A stretch of 63,195 bases of DNA, counting the filler, from Reticulomyxa filosa (lineage: Eukaryota; Protista; Foraminifera), in NCBI GenBank assembly GCA_000512085.1. It is 17 parts of 17 records of this genome, joined end to end, with 100 filler letters (N's around TTAATTAATTAA, not from the genome) between each part and the next. Parts side by side here need not be neighbours in the genome. Positions count along the whole stretch, not along the records: positions 52,230 to 53,328 come from ASPP01010324.1; positions 53,429 to 55,486 come from ASPP01002049.1; positions 55,587 to 57,182 come from ASPP01015085.1; positions 57,283 to 58,547 come from ASPP01000065.1; positions 58,648 to 61,927 come from ASPP01024134.1; positions 62,028 to 63,195 come from ASPP01042579.1; 11 more parts are not named here. The stretch is one strand, 5' to 3'. Shown here piece after piece: positions 52,275 through 63,195 of the stretch (positions are counted from its first letter, which is position 1; each line of letters opens with the position of its first letter). The notes below the pieces were generated by a model that saw nothing but the letters and a program-made list of their open reading frames with translations, did no database searches and was not told the origin of the DNA. Position numbers and translations under genes: made by a program.

Positions 52275-52745
52275 GTGCAAGTGACAAGAGAGCAACCTGC
52301 TAATTCGGGATTGAGTGTCCACAATAAGGGGGTTGTCTATTCTGAAGAAGTCGATATTCTTCAGAGCCACACTAAAACACGAGTCTTCATCGCTTGCGAA
52401 AAAAAACAGAAATGATATACTCCACGAAAATGGCAACATTAACATGAAAATCACTACTTTCTCTATGCTTGTTTTATGTGAGCAAAATATCCCTACAAAC
52501 GCTACACAATATAACAATTGCGCTAATATCAGTATCGCTAGGCTTAGGCAAAAAAACACCATTCTTCCATTTTTGTAAAATTGCACCAACACATACAGAT
52601 CTGTCAATAGATCAACTATGTTTATCAACGCGTTCGTCAGGTCATACGCTAGGTTCCCACAGCTTCCACAGAGCTCATTGTTTTTCGCCGCCTCTAATGT
52701 CGCCAGTCGTTTAACGTTTTTTTTTAAACAGTTGTGCACAGACAA
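52275..52745 (-). CDS. XK-related (XKR)-like membrane protein fragment
   Basis: VDLLTDLYVLVQFYKNGRMVFFCLSLAIL matches the XK-family first hairpin D..TD...Y..G...F.L.L. Confidence 0.6.
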
Positions 52746-55685
52746 AATTTTAATAAATCAAAAAATGATAGCATCACCTTTTGCTGTTTTTGCTGTAATT
52801 TTCATTATTACAGATTCGAATATGTTGGATTTGATGCAATTACTCAAACTAATCACCTATAATGGAAAGTTCGGGAAAGAACTTTCGTTTTTGCTCGCTT
52901 CTCTGATCGATTTTTATTTGTTTCATTGAAATTTGCGCTGAAGCACTTCATTTCTTTAAACTTACTAATACATGGTAACGTTTCGTGTATAACACGAAAA
53001 AGCCAATTTCGATGTGTTGCATCCTGCAGTTGCATAAAAATTATTTGTAGTAATAATTTTTCAAATGGATTATGCTAAGTCCTTTTTTTAATACAACAAA
53101 ATTTTTTACAATGCACACAAACACAGTGCAGAAAGGTAAGTTTAATATTAAAAAAATACTAGTACTTTCTCATCTGAGTCAATGAAACTTCAGTTGAGTT
53201 TTTATTGTGAATCGAGTTAAAAGTGCAAATAAACTATTTCTATTATATCTTTCTAAACTATTTGAATATTTTTATTCATTGTCTTAGTAGTTAATTTCAC
53301 ATTTTATAACTTGTTCAATTTACATCATNNNNNNNNNNNNNNNNNNNNNNNNNNNNNNNNNNNNNNNNNNNNTTAATTAATTAANNNNNNNNNNNNNNNN
53401 NNNNNNNNNNNNNNNNNNNNNNNNNNNNAAATAAAACAAAGACAAGAGGCAAGGAGAATAAAAAAGCGACAAGATACATTGACAAGTTTAACCGACAATG
53501 TGATGCTAACAATACAAACAAGTCCATCGCACGAGAGAATCAATAAAAGAATAATAAAGTGTTAGTGATCGTCGATCTCATTTCTTTGCAAATCATGGCA
53601 AGGCCAAGTATGGCGACATTGGCGTTTAATCGCAGTCAGCAATAAAGAAAGTCGTGTTGATGATGAACTATATATGTCCTTTTTTTTTATTATTTAAAAA
53701 GAAACAAATTAAATAATAGTAATTTTTTTTTAAATAAGATTAAATTTAATGTGAAAATTTTTTACATAGTGAAAATTATATTTCCTTTTCGCAAAGATGT
53801 TTTTTCAAAGGGACAAATGTTTTCGTCCCTTTTTTTAAAAATATATTTCAAACTCGTCTATCATTTGCATGCTTTATGTTATATCCAAAAACGTGGACAA
53901 GAGTGGTATAAATGAATGAAAGACAAAATAAAAAAAACAATGAAATGTAGTTTTATCAAATCAGGATTGACAATTGGATATATTGCACAAGCCTATAAAT
54001 ATGAATATATGTGTATCAATGATATTGTCTCTGATAAAAATGTTAAGACACATCACACCGAATATGAGTGAATGTATTGGTAAAGAAGAAGAAAAAGGAA
54101 ACAGTTAGGTCTTGAGCCTCTGTTGTAATCATGTATGTTGTGAACGTAAATGTTACATCAATGTAAATGGAGATACTCCACAATTCAATTATTATTTTCA
54201 TTTTGTTACTCGTATGCATGATCAAATGACACACATACAAAATATAAAATAACAGATTGCAAATGAAACCTCTCTTAAAAATAGGAAGAGAATGCACAAA
54301 AATATAAATTGTTGATTCACACTGTAGAATTGGATGAAGATTTGAAAAAAGTAAAACAACTTTGAGTTGTCACGTCCACTTTAGCAATGATGATATTTTT
54401 TTTAGCTCACCAAATTCTTTTTCCATTTTGTCCATTCTACGAGCTTGTAATAATAAGGGGGTGCCCCTCTTTGTGAAAATACTTTGAACAGGCTTCGCCT
54501 ATATCACATTTTTATGGTTGATTATTTAATAACATCATTATTATAATTGTGTGAAGTATTATATATATATATATATGTATATATACGTGTATTTACATAC
54601 ATTTACAAATTTACATACGTATACACCAACACGATTTATATCGGGAGGATTTTTATAAATTAAATAACACATTTGCAATGTCAGAAGATCCTTTACAATA
54701 ACGTAGTTCCATTCTATAAATGATATGTACATAAATAGCTTTTTTTTTTTTTTAAAAAAAAGATAAAAATGTACTAACACGTAAAGTACGTTCTAAATCA
54801 TATCATTCTTCTTCTAATAAATATTTTTTACAACTTCTTTGTGCGAATTTTCAATTGCTACAAATAATGGCGTAATTTTAAATATTTCCATTGCAAGGCA
54901 CCGAATTTGAATTTTATAATAATAACTGTTTTACTGTTGCCAAATGTCCTTTTGACAGGCATAAATCAATGGTACATTTCTATTAATATCTTGGACTAGG
55001 ATTATGAATTAATTATAATTCTACTATTTTTGAATTTCCTTATTATTAATATTATTATTTATTTATTATTATTAAATTTTTTTTTGATTTGAATATCATA
55101 CCTCTTAAACAACATTCCATTAATGAAGTTCAATTAATTTGATCTGCTAGTTTTGCTACAAACAATGACTCTTCTAATTGGTATACCATACTCGATGGAC
55201 TACGCAATTGCTTGGTTTTTAAGTTATAACATTTTTCCATATCACTATTCATCATACAGGAAAACATTACTTGCTTTCTTTGCTCTTCTTCTGTTACTTC
55301 TTTTTTCAGTCCATCAAAGAGTTCTCTCATTGCCATTTTTCGAAAAGTTTTCTCGATCAGAATCAAATGAATATGTCTTAATTTGTATCCTTTTTTTAAA
55401 CTGTTTTAACCCCAGCGTATGCGTATGAAAAAGAAACACCACAAAAAAGAGTTCTGATTGTACTTATCATAATTTTGAATAATTAANNNNNNNNNNNNNN
55501 NNNNNNNNNNNNNNNNNNNNNNNNNNNNNNTTAATTAATTAANNNNNNNNNNNNNNNNNNNNNNNNNNNNNNNNNNNNNNNNNNNNTTTTGTTTGTGTGT
55601 ATATAAATTTGTTTTGCAAAAAAAAAATAAAATTATTTATATATATATATATATATGTATATGTATATATAATAATATATTGCAG

Positions 55686-56429
55686 CACAACACTTTGGCA
55701 AGAACTCGACTGAGCTGGTGCTTCCTTGTCGACAAATCAGTGAGTGCTATATGAACTTGAAACAATTCGCCATGTCAAAGATGTTCTTGGAAATGGCCTT
55801 GACAATTGTGTCTCCATCGCATTTGCAATACTCCCCCATTTGTGAGCAATTTGCCACTTTATTGAGAAAGCAAGGTGATTGGAAGGAAGTTTGGAGTCTC
55901 TTCTATTTATACATACATATATACATATATATACATATATATGTATATATGTATATATATATGTGATAATTCATACACTGCCAAAAATGTAACAATGTGT
56001 ATATAATTGGGTTGAAAGTCAATTGAATACTCGAATAAAGCCTTACAAGCAGCGAGGTCGCAGTTGGGAGACGGACACATTCAACTGGCTCATCTTTACT
56101 TGGGTCGTGCGTGCAGCGAAATGGAATTGAAGGAACACGACAAAGCCGAGCAATCGGCGCGCTTGGCATTGCAAATCGTGGAGGCCAATGGGCCGTCGCA
56201 GTCCAAACAACCACACACTTCAGCTAGTTTGGAGTGGAAAGACTTGAAATGCAGCGTCTTGTTTGTGTTGGGACAAGCCTTGATTGAACTCAACAGGTTA
56301 TCTGATGCCAAACTTGTCTTTCAAAATGCGCTGACGCTAGCTTCCCAACTCAATGACCAAAGCAAACAATTATTGATCACTGACCAACTTAGAGACATTG
56401 AACTTCTCCAAACTACCAATTCAGTATAA
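55686..56429 (+). CDS. TPR-repeat protein, 3' fragment
   Basis: AHLYLGRACSEM...AEQSARLAL and LFVLGQALIELNRLSDAKLVFQNAL. Confidence 0.7.
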
Positions 56430-56807
56430 ATTTTTTTCTCTTTTCGTTGTCTCACTTACGACCTTTTGGAACTTGTCTCTTTACTTCCCTTATAATGAGA
56501 CCACTCTTATCTTGTCATCTTTTTTTTTTTTGTCCTGTCAGATCCTCTTACTAAATCCAATCGCAGAAAATTCCTCTGCCATACGGTGGGCTGAGGCTTA
56601 TATAAAATCTTGTATAGCTTAACTTTTTGGAATAGTTGAATCAATATATTTAAAAGGTTAGAAGAATATCAAAATTTGAAAAGATAAGACCAATTATCTT
56701 TAAGATGGCAGTAAAACTAACACCTTACATGTTTTCAAAAAATTTCACAACTAAAAAAAAAAAAAGTCATTTGCAAAAAAAAAAAATAAAATAAAATTAA
56801 ATTTGCA

Positions 56808-57133
56808 ATGTTGAGGATTGCCGCACAATCTCGTGCACCAACACCAAATACTTCGTATGTTTCTGTACTGAAAATGACCATAAGAACGAAAAGTGGACAT
56901 GTTGATACTCGTCTCAGTCTCAGCGTGTTGTGTACCACATATACACAAAACAAACCACAGAAACCTCATCTATCAGTCAGTGAGAACAGTTCACTGGTAC
57001 CACAACTATCGTCCCGCAGGTGGTGTGCGTGACGCATATGAGGTGTATCGCAAAACTTCAGAGTTTGGCCAAGATGAAATAACAGACAAAGACAGATATC
57101 CGCATTTGTATTGGAATTTGTGGAAAGGAAGAG
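56808..57133 (+). CDS. Probable mitochondrial protein, 5' fragment (intron ~56901-56975)
   Basis: MLRIAAQSRAPT... presequence-like exon spliced in frame to SVRTVHWYHNYRPAGG... Confidence 0.5.
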
Positions 57134-57139
57134 GTTTAC

Positions 57140-57170
<31 letters not shown>

Positions 57171-58150
57171 GGGGGGGGGGGGNNNNNNNNNNNNNNNNNN
57201 NNNNNNNNNNNNNNNNNNNNNNNNNNTTAATTAATTAANNNNNNNNNNNNNNNNNNNNNNNNNNNNNNNNNNNNNNNNNNNNCCAGTTTCATGTAATGAT
57301 CTTGCAATGAGCTGATATTAAATTGTGTTCATCGTAGAAGAATTCTGATTACAGATTTGGATTCCCCACGATCTCTAGTATATATAAATGAAAAAATCAT
57401 GATTGAATTTTGATTATTCAATTTTTTTTTGTTTCATGTTCGGATTTTCCATGAAAAGTTGAGTAAGTTTAACATACTGGAGATTCCTCCGTTTTTTGAC
57501 GTTTGGATACTTACAATAAGGACTTGCCCTGCATATTGTTTCTTAGTTTTAGCAGTTAGTACATTATCGATATTTTTTTTTTGCATTATGTTTTCAATAG
57601 AAATAATTGTAATAAGAAAAAAAAGAAAAGATTGTAATTTTGCACCAACACCAGTTTAACTATGAATCCGCAATGAATTTGATATGCAACATTTACAACG
57701 CTGCCAATCAAGTATTCAAAGCAGTCTGTCTTTTGGCTCTTTCAATAAAGTACATATTTTGTGCAACATCTCCTTCCAATCTGCGTCATATGCATTTCAG
57801 TAGCTGTATATCTTTGTTGACACATTTTTCATTTACATGTGCCGTAATACAAAATGATATCCTTTGCACGTTCACTTTTTTTTTGTCACAAAATTTTTGA
57901 CTTGTCTTTAGCATCACAAAAAACAAATTAGTTTGTTATGTACCAAAGATGAAAATTTTGTTTTTAATAGAAAATTATTATAATTTTGCAATAAATAAGC
58001 TTTGTCATTAATTTATTGTATTTTGTGTTGTCTAAGGAAGAAGGGCACCTTGAGAATAACAAATTTAGCTTGTTGAATGGTCTTGATTATATTTGAATTT
58101 TTCTTTGGTCAATGAGTTAATTCGTAGAATTTTATAAAGCGACTTGCAAG

Positions 58151-58419
58151 ATGCCAAGCAGTCATCCGTGTGATCAAAATGACGACGTTCCTCCAAGTCT
58201 GAAATATCATTTAGTGCATGCCCCTCCAGTATACTACTACCTGTGGGCATTCGCTGTGGTAGCCTTGCTTGTGGTATATTTGAGTATTTTGCCCCACGTT
58301 TCACGCATTCGTGCAGTGGCAGACAAAGAGCGAATAATCAAGCGTCGGGTTTTTCGTCCGAGAATCTACCTTTACATGATTATACTGAACGTGCTCCCAC
58401 TTATAATCCTATCTTCCAA
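58151..58419 (+). CDS. Membrane protein 5' exon, possibly OST-alpha/TMEM184-like
   Basis: Two TM segments; ...YMIILNVLPLIILSS resembles the second TM of Solute_trans_a proteins. Confidence 0.4.
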
Positions 58420-58513
58420 GTGAAAGAGCAAACCGTCTATTGTCACTCACACATGAAAAATTGACAATTTTTTTTTTTTTTTTTTTTTTTTTGGAAGGGG
58501 GGGGGGAAAAAAA

Positions 58514-58547
<34 letters not shown>

Positions 58548-58647
58548 NNNNNNNNNNNNNNNNNNNNNNNNNNNNNNNNNNNNNNNNNNNNTTAATTAAT
58601 TAANNNNNNNNNNNNNNNNNNNNNNNNNNNNNNNNNNNNNNNNNNNN

Positions 58648-59320
58648 CAAGATGTGTTCATCGAGGGACTGAAAGGACTTAAAGAAGATATGAACATGCA
58701 ATGCTCAGACTCGATTTCACATACATCAATTGATAATTGTTTTACTCGCTCTTCACTTCGCTCATCTAATTCCTCAATTCTTTTTTGATTGTTTTCGTCG
58801 TGTTCTTTCACCTTGTGTTTGTCATAGATCGGTTCATTCACATTCTATATATATATATATATACATATATATATAATATGTATATATATGTATATAATAT
58901 ATTATTATATTATCCTTTTTCTCTCTCTCTCTCTCCTTTTCGATGCTATCCTACCAATTCCACTGTCTGTTGTACGTGCGTCTCCACCTTAGCAATCACT
59001 TCATTGATTGCTCCATCCGTTAGATAGTATGAATATGCTATAAATATCCCCAATGCCACTGCTGAACCTAGGGCTATTTTTTGCCACATTAGTGCTCTAT
59101 TCTTTTCGGTGTTGGCCATCTCTACCAACTTTGCTACCAACTTTGCTTTCTCTTCTGCTATAAGTGGATTCACTTCTACTTGGCGTACTAGCACTTCACT
59201 TGGTTCACTTGGCTTACTTGAACTTGTAGAATCTTGTTTGTTCAGTGTCCAACCTAAATAGCCGACACTTCCAATAAAAATTGTGCCCAACAATAAAGGA
59301 TTCACTGTAAAAATTGCCAT
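58648..59320 (-). CDS. Hypothetical membrane-anchored coiled-coil protein, truncated
   Basis: Two TM segments in 58946-59320 and a downstream exon at 58648-58841. Confidence 0.55.
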
Positions 59321-60429
59321 TCGTGTTTTTTGATCAGATAATTTTTTCCCATAGAAAATTCAAAGTAAAAAAAAGACAGGCAAAAAAAAAGAATTCCCTT
59401 AATAAAATGTGCTCCGCGAAAAATTAAAATAAACACATTGGATTGATCAACTTATTGAAATAATTAGATACTTTTATACTTGTATGAGGAACAAACTTTT
59501 CCGCTAATTTCGTGCGTACTGGTCAGAAATCATATGTGCTGTCAATCTTTTAATTGCTCGGTAAATGAGAAAATGTGCAATTGATTTTAAGCTTTGTACT
59601 TTATTCACAAATAAACGTTTACAATACTTTTACAAGAATTTTGATTCATTTGCTTTTCGTTAAAGTTTGGATGGAGAAGAGGAAAAGAAGCAAGCAACGC
59701 AATTGATACGCTCGTTTTGCTCTCGATTAAACCCAGTAGTGGAAAATGTTGATCGTTGCTAACGTGAATTTTACATGTGCTTTGGATAACCTTGTCTGGG
59801 GGTTAGAAAAACTCTAAAAACAAAAAAAACCCCTGGTAAGAGAGAACCACCCGAAGCTTGTTTCCTTCTTCCTTGTTCTTTTATAAACAAAGGCAAAGAA
59901 AAGCGATTTTGAATTGCACTCCAAATTTGTGCATCAATACGCAAAGACTGCTCGCTCGTCACCTACAAAAGACAACGTCCCAGGCAAGTTTTTAGTTTTT
60001 TTTCTCCCTCTCTCTTTTTCTAACCTAGTCAGTACAAGAAGGGACCAGAGAGTGTTGTTCGGCTGCAGTTTTTTCAAACACTAAGTAACAAAAGTTTATG
60101 CTGCAACAAAAATTTGGGGGTTTTTATTTATTTTAAAATTTTATTGCTATTGAGATGGGTTTGTTGTTCCAATTGCTGTGATTTAATATTTGCAAAATAT
60201 GTTTTTGTGCAAAAAAAAAAAAAAAAAGCAAACAATAAAATTCAAATAAAACAATTAAAAAGTATAAGTTGCTAAAAATTTTGTTTTGTTTGTATAGGTT
60301 AAGGTAGTGTATGTTTTTTTTTGTTGTCGTTATGGATTGATCTGTTTGCTGGTTTTCTTGCACCACCAGCAATGAATTTTTTTTTAAGATGGGGCTGTTG
60401 TTTTTTTTTTTTTTTTTTGGAAAAAAAGA

Positions 60430-61927
60430 AAGCACTGAGGACAGAAATGCAATCAAAGTTAGAGGAAAAAAGCAAAGAATGTAATGAAAGTTTGCAAATT
60501 CCCAAATGGGATTGTGGTTTTGAACATAGCGAGACGCCAGCAACAACAAACGACAGTTGTTTTGCAAATGTCGAAAGTAAGTATGAAGAAGGGGCTCTAA
60601 GTGAAAAGGAAGAAAAGACTATTGAAGAAGAAGAAGAAGAAAAATATAACGATGAAAATGAAGAAGGAGAAGAAAAAGAGAATGACAATGATGATAATGA
60701 CAATGATGATGACAATGAAGATGAAGACGCAACATCATGGAACACAGAAGAGCATTGTTCCGAATCGACAGAAACAGAATCAAGTAAAGAATTGAAGATA
60801 TGTGATATATTAAAAAGACCATTGTTAATGAATGAAAAGTATCATTCGATGGCAATGGATTTGTTTTTTCAAGATCTGACCAATGCAAGCTGTTGCACAG
60901 AAGAGACATGGGAATCCCTGCCCTCTCCGCTTTTGTCGGTGTCGTATGGACCGCCTCCGTTGCAAGTGCATCCCAATGTGACCACAAGAACAGCGTTACA
61001 ACAAGACAGCAAAGAGAAAAGACATGTTACGAACACGTGTCCAAGCATGAATGGACATCATCCCTCTTCCTTGCTCCCTCTTCACACCACTGACAAAAGT
61101 GGTGCAAGTCCTTTGGAGCTGCTGTATCCTCCCAGTTATTCAGACAAAGCCGGACAAAAGGCTTTGAAAAACTGCTACGAAAGATGGGAGATATTTGACC
61201 CTAATGCTGGTCTCTGTCATCACAATGACGTTACTTTGGAGTCGGAAGTACGTACATTGGAGCATTTTGGTATTTGTGTATGTATGTATGTTCGATTACT
61301 TCAAGGAGTAATGCAATATCTTATTCATCAATTGCTTTCCAAAATATAATCCATTTGTCCCATATACATGTATATTTTTTTTTTTTATTTTTTTTTTTTG
61401 TTGTAAAAATCGAATTGCGAAAAGTGGCAGAACACAAAATGCAGTCCTGCGCAACCATACACAATGCAATAACCCATGTTGACATTGACACGCCCACTCC
61501 TGCAGTCCCGTACTCGCTCCATTCGTTGAAACGACCGTCCATACTGTCCACCATGGCCGGCTATGTCGTCAAACCACAGGTCAGGTCTCTTTCAATTCAC
61601 TTTGTACACGCTTTGCTAGTCTCATCTGTTGCATCATTCACATGACATCGTCCAAACAAACAATCACAACTAACGAAAGAATGTCAATCTCCATTCGGCT
61701 GTCGTCGATTTGCTAACCAATTGTAACAATTACACTCGCGTTGATCCGTGCAGCACTCCATTAACAATGGAGAACTCCGCCAACACAAACCAGTTTTCAA
61801 ATGGCACAATCCATGACAAAGAGAGCGAAAACGAAAATACACTGCGAAATGAATTACAAGATAACCTAATCAATATTAATAGTCATAATAATAATAACAA
61901 TAATAATAATAATAATAATAATAATAA
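60430..61927 (+). CDS. Hypothetical protein with an acidic low-complexity region, multi-exon, truncated
   Basis: Long ORF with E/D/N tracts; further exons and poly-Asn before the linker. Confidence 0.6.
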
Positions 61928-63195
61928 NNNNNNNNNNNNNNNNNNNNNNNNNNNNNNNNNNNNNNNNNNNNTTAATTAATTAANNNNNNNNNNNNNNNNN
62001 NNNNNNNNNNNNNNNNNNNNNNNNNNNAATCCAACTATAAAAAATTTTTTAATCACTATAAAAATTAATTTACTAGTAAAAAAAATAAATTTTGGACTTT
62101 GACTTGATGATTCTTGTTGTGTTGAAACGACTCGATTTTTCGACGATTTTGAGATATATCGATATATCTACTTGTTCTAAGTTTACTTGAAGTGATCTCG
62201 AGATAATCTTGACGATTTTTCACGACGATCGTTAATGATGATAATATAGATTATTTTTATTTTATTTTTTTTGCCAAAGGCTTCCAAATTACCAAACAAA
62301 TGCTGTTTTTGTGTGCTCCAACTCCTGGGATCCCAAACGTGGATTACAGTTTTCTGGCAACAGTCTTCATTGAGACTTTAATTAATTGATTGCCTTTTGG
62401 TGCTTTTACAAACCATCTGATATTTTATTTTTGATCTTAGTGATTTGATTTTTGTCATTTATTTGTTTAAATTTGTGATTTCATTGAACAATTTTTATTC
62501 AGCACATTTTAAAGTTTTTGAAAGTACAGCCAGTTGGAACAAAATCCACGCTGTTCTCCCTTTCTTAAAATTGTGAGCTGCTGGGTTTTTATGGAACTTG
62601 GAGTCTTTGCGATATCAACCGGTTTGATCAAAATCTATGTTGGTATTTAAACCTGTTCCAACGAGTTTTCACTTAGAACGTGTCAGATCGTCACGATGAT
62701 CTGAAATATGATTTATTTTTATTTTTTTTTATTGACGTCATCTTGTATTGTCGTTGTTTATTTCTGGTTTCAGTCATATCAACCGATTAGGATAAAAACA
62801 CCTTGTCTCGGCCGTTTGGATCGCATTCGCAAGCCTTGTTATCAGCGATTGGGTTTCGGTTTTGCCAAACACAAAAGACTCTTTTTTTCTATTGGTCTTC
62901 TTCTTGATTTTCGATATCCATTCTTATTTTCATTTCCATTAATCCTTTGGCTGCATCAGTATAAGAATAATTCTTTGCTTGTTGCTGCGCATATATTTAA
63001 TTGTAATGAATTGATTTTTTTTTTTTTTTTGTAATGAATTGATATGCCTTCAGAAATGGATCTTTGTTCCTTGTCAATTTAATACCAATCTTTTCTCTTG
63101 TTTTGCGAATCGCATCACATTACAATGAATAGACTGTATGTTTATTACGACATAAAACACATTTGGGTTTGCTTGTGTCATTTTTTTCTGCATTT

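Noticed and set aside
12034-62027. Recurring TTAATTAATTAA flanked by N runs as a biological repeat
   Set aside because: Synthetic six-frame-stop linker between contigs.

Overview
AT-rich, intron-rich eukaryotic DNA made of 17 contig pieces joined by 16 artificial 100-bp linkers (N44-TTAATTAATTAA-N44), so gene order across linkers may not be real. The WD40 and Kelch family signatures, short GTTT...AG introns and many pseudogene relics point to a foraminiferan such as Reticulomyxa (inference). Recognisable genes, many split by introns or cut at contig ends: two WD40 proteins, a UBA-UAS-UBX protein, PABPN1 (3' end, missed by the ORF track), stand-alone saccharopine dehydrogenase, CPSF100 (3' end), a TPR-prefoldin-4 fusion, a MenA/UbiA prenyltransferase, a VPS35 3' fragment, anoctamin, a SPRY-like protein, a LigB-like dioxygenase, class I aldolase, a DegP/DegQ-type protease, a CAP-Gly protein, adenosine deaminase, a Tudor/Agenet-like repeat protein, an XK-related protein, a non-LTR retrotransposon remnant and a Kelch pseudogene. 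Most unusual: (1) an 11-unit, ~125-bp tandem array at 22.0-23.3 kb that reads as duplicated micro-exons (R/W-V-x-N-P-x-x-KKK), each with a 5-bp/7-nt hairpin, apparently spliced onto a VPS35 fragment; (2) the TPR-PFDN4 fusion; (3) a bacterial-type two-PDZ DegP with no signal peptide and a PTS1-like C-terminus (ARL). Family calls come from motif recognition by eye, not from database searches.
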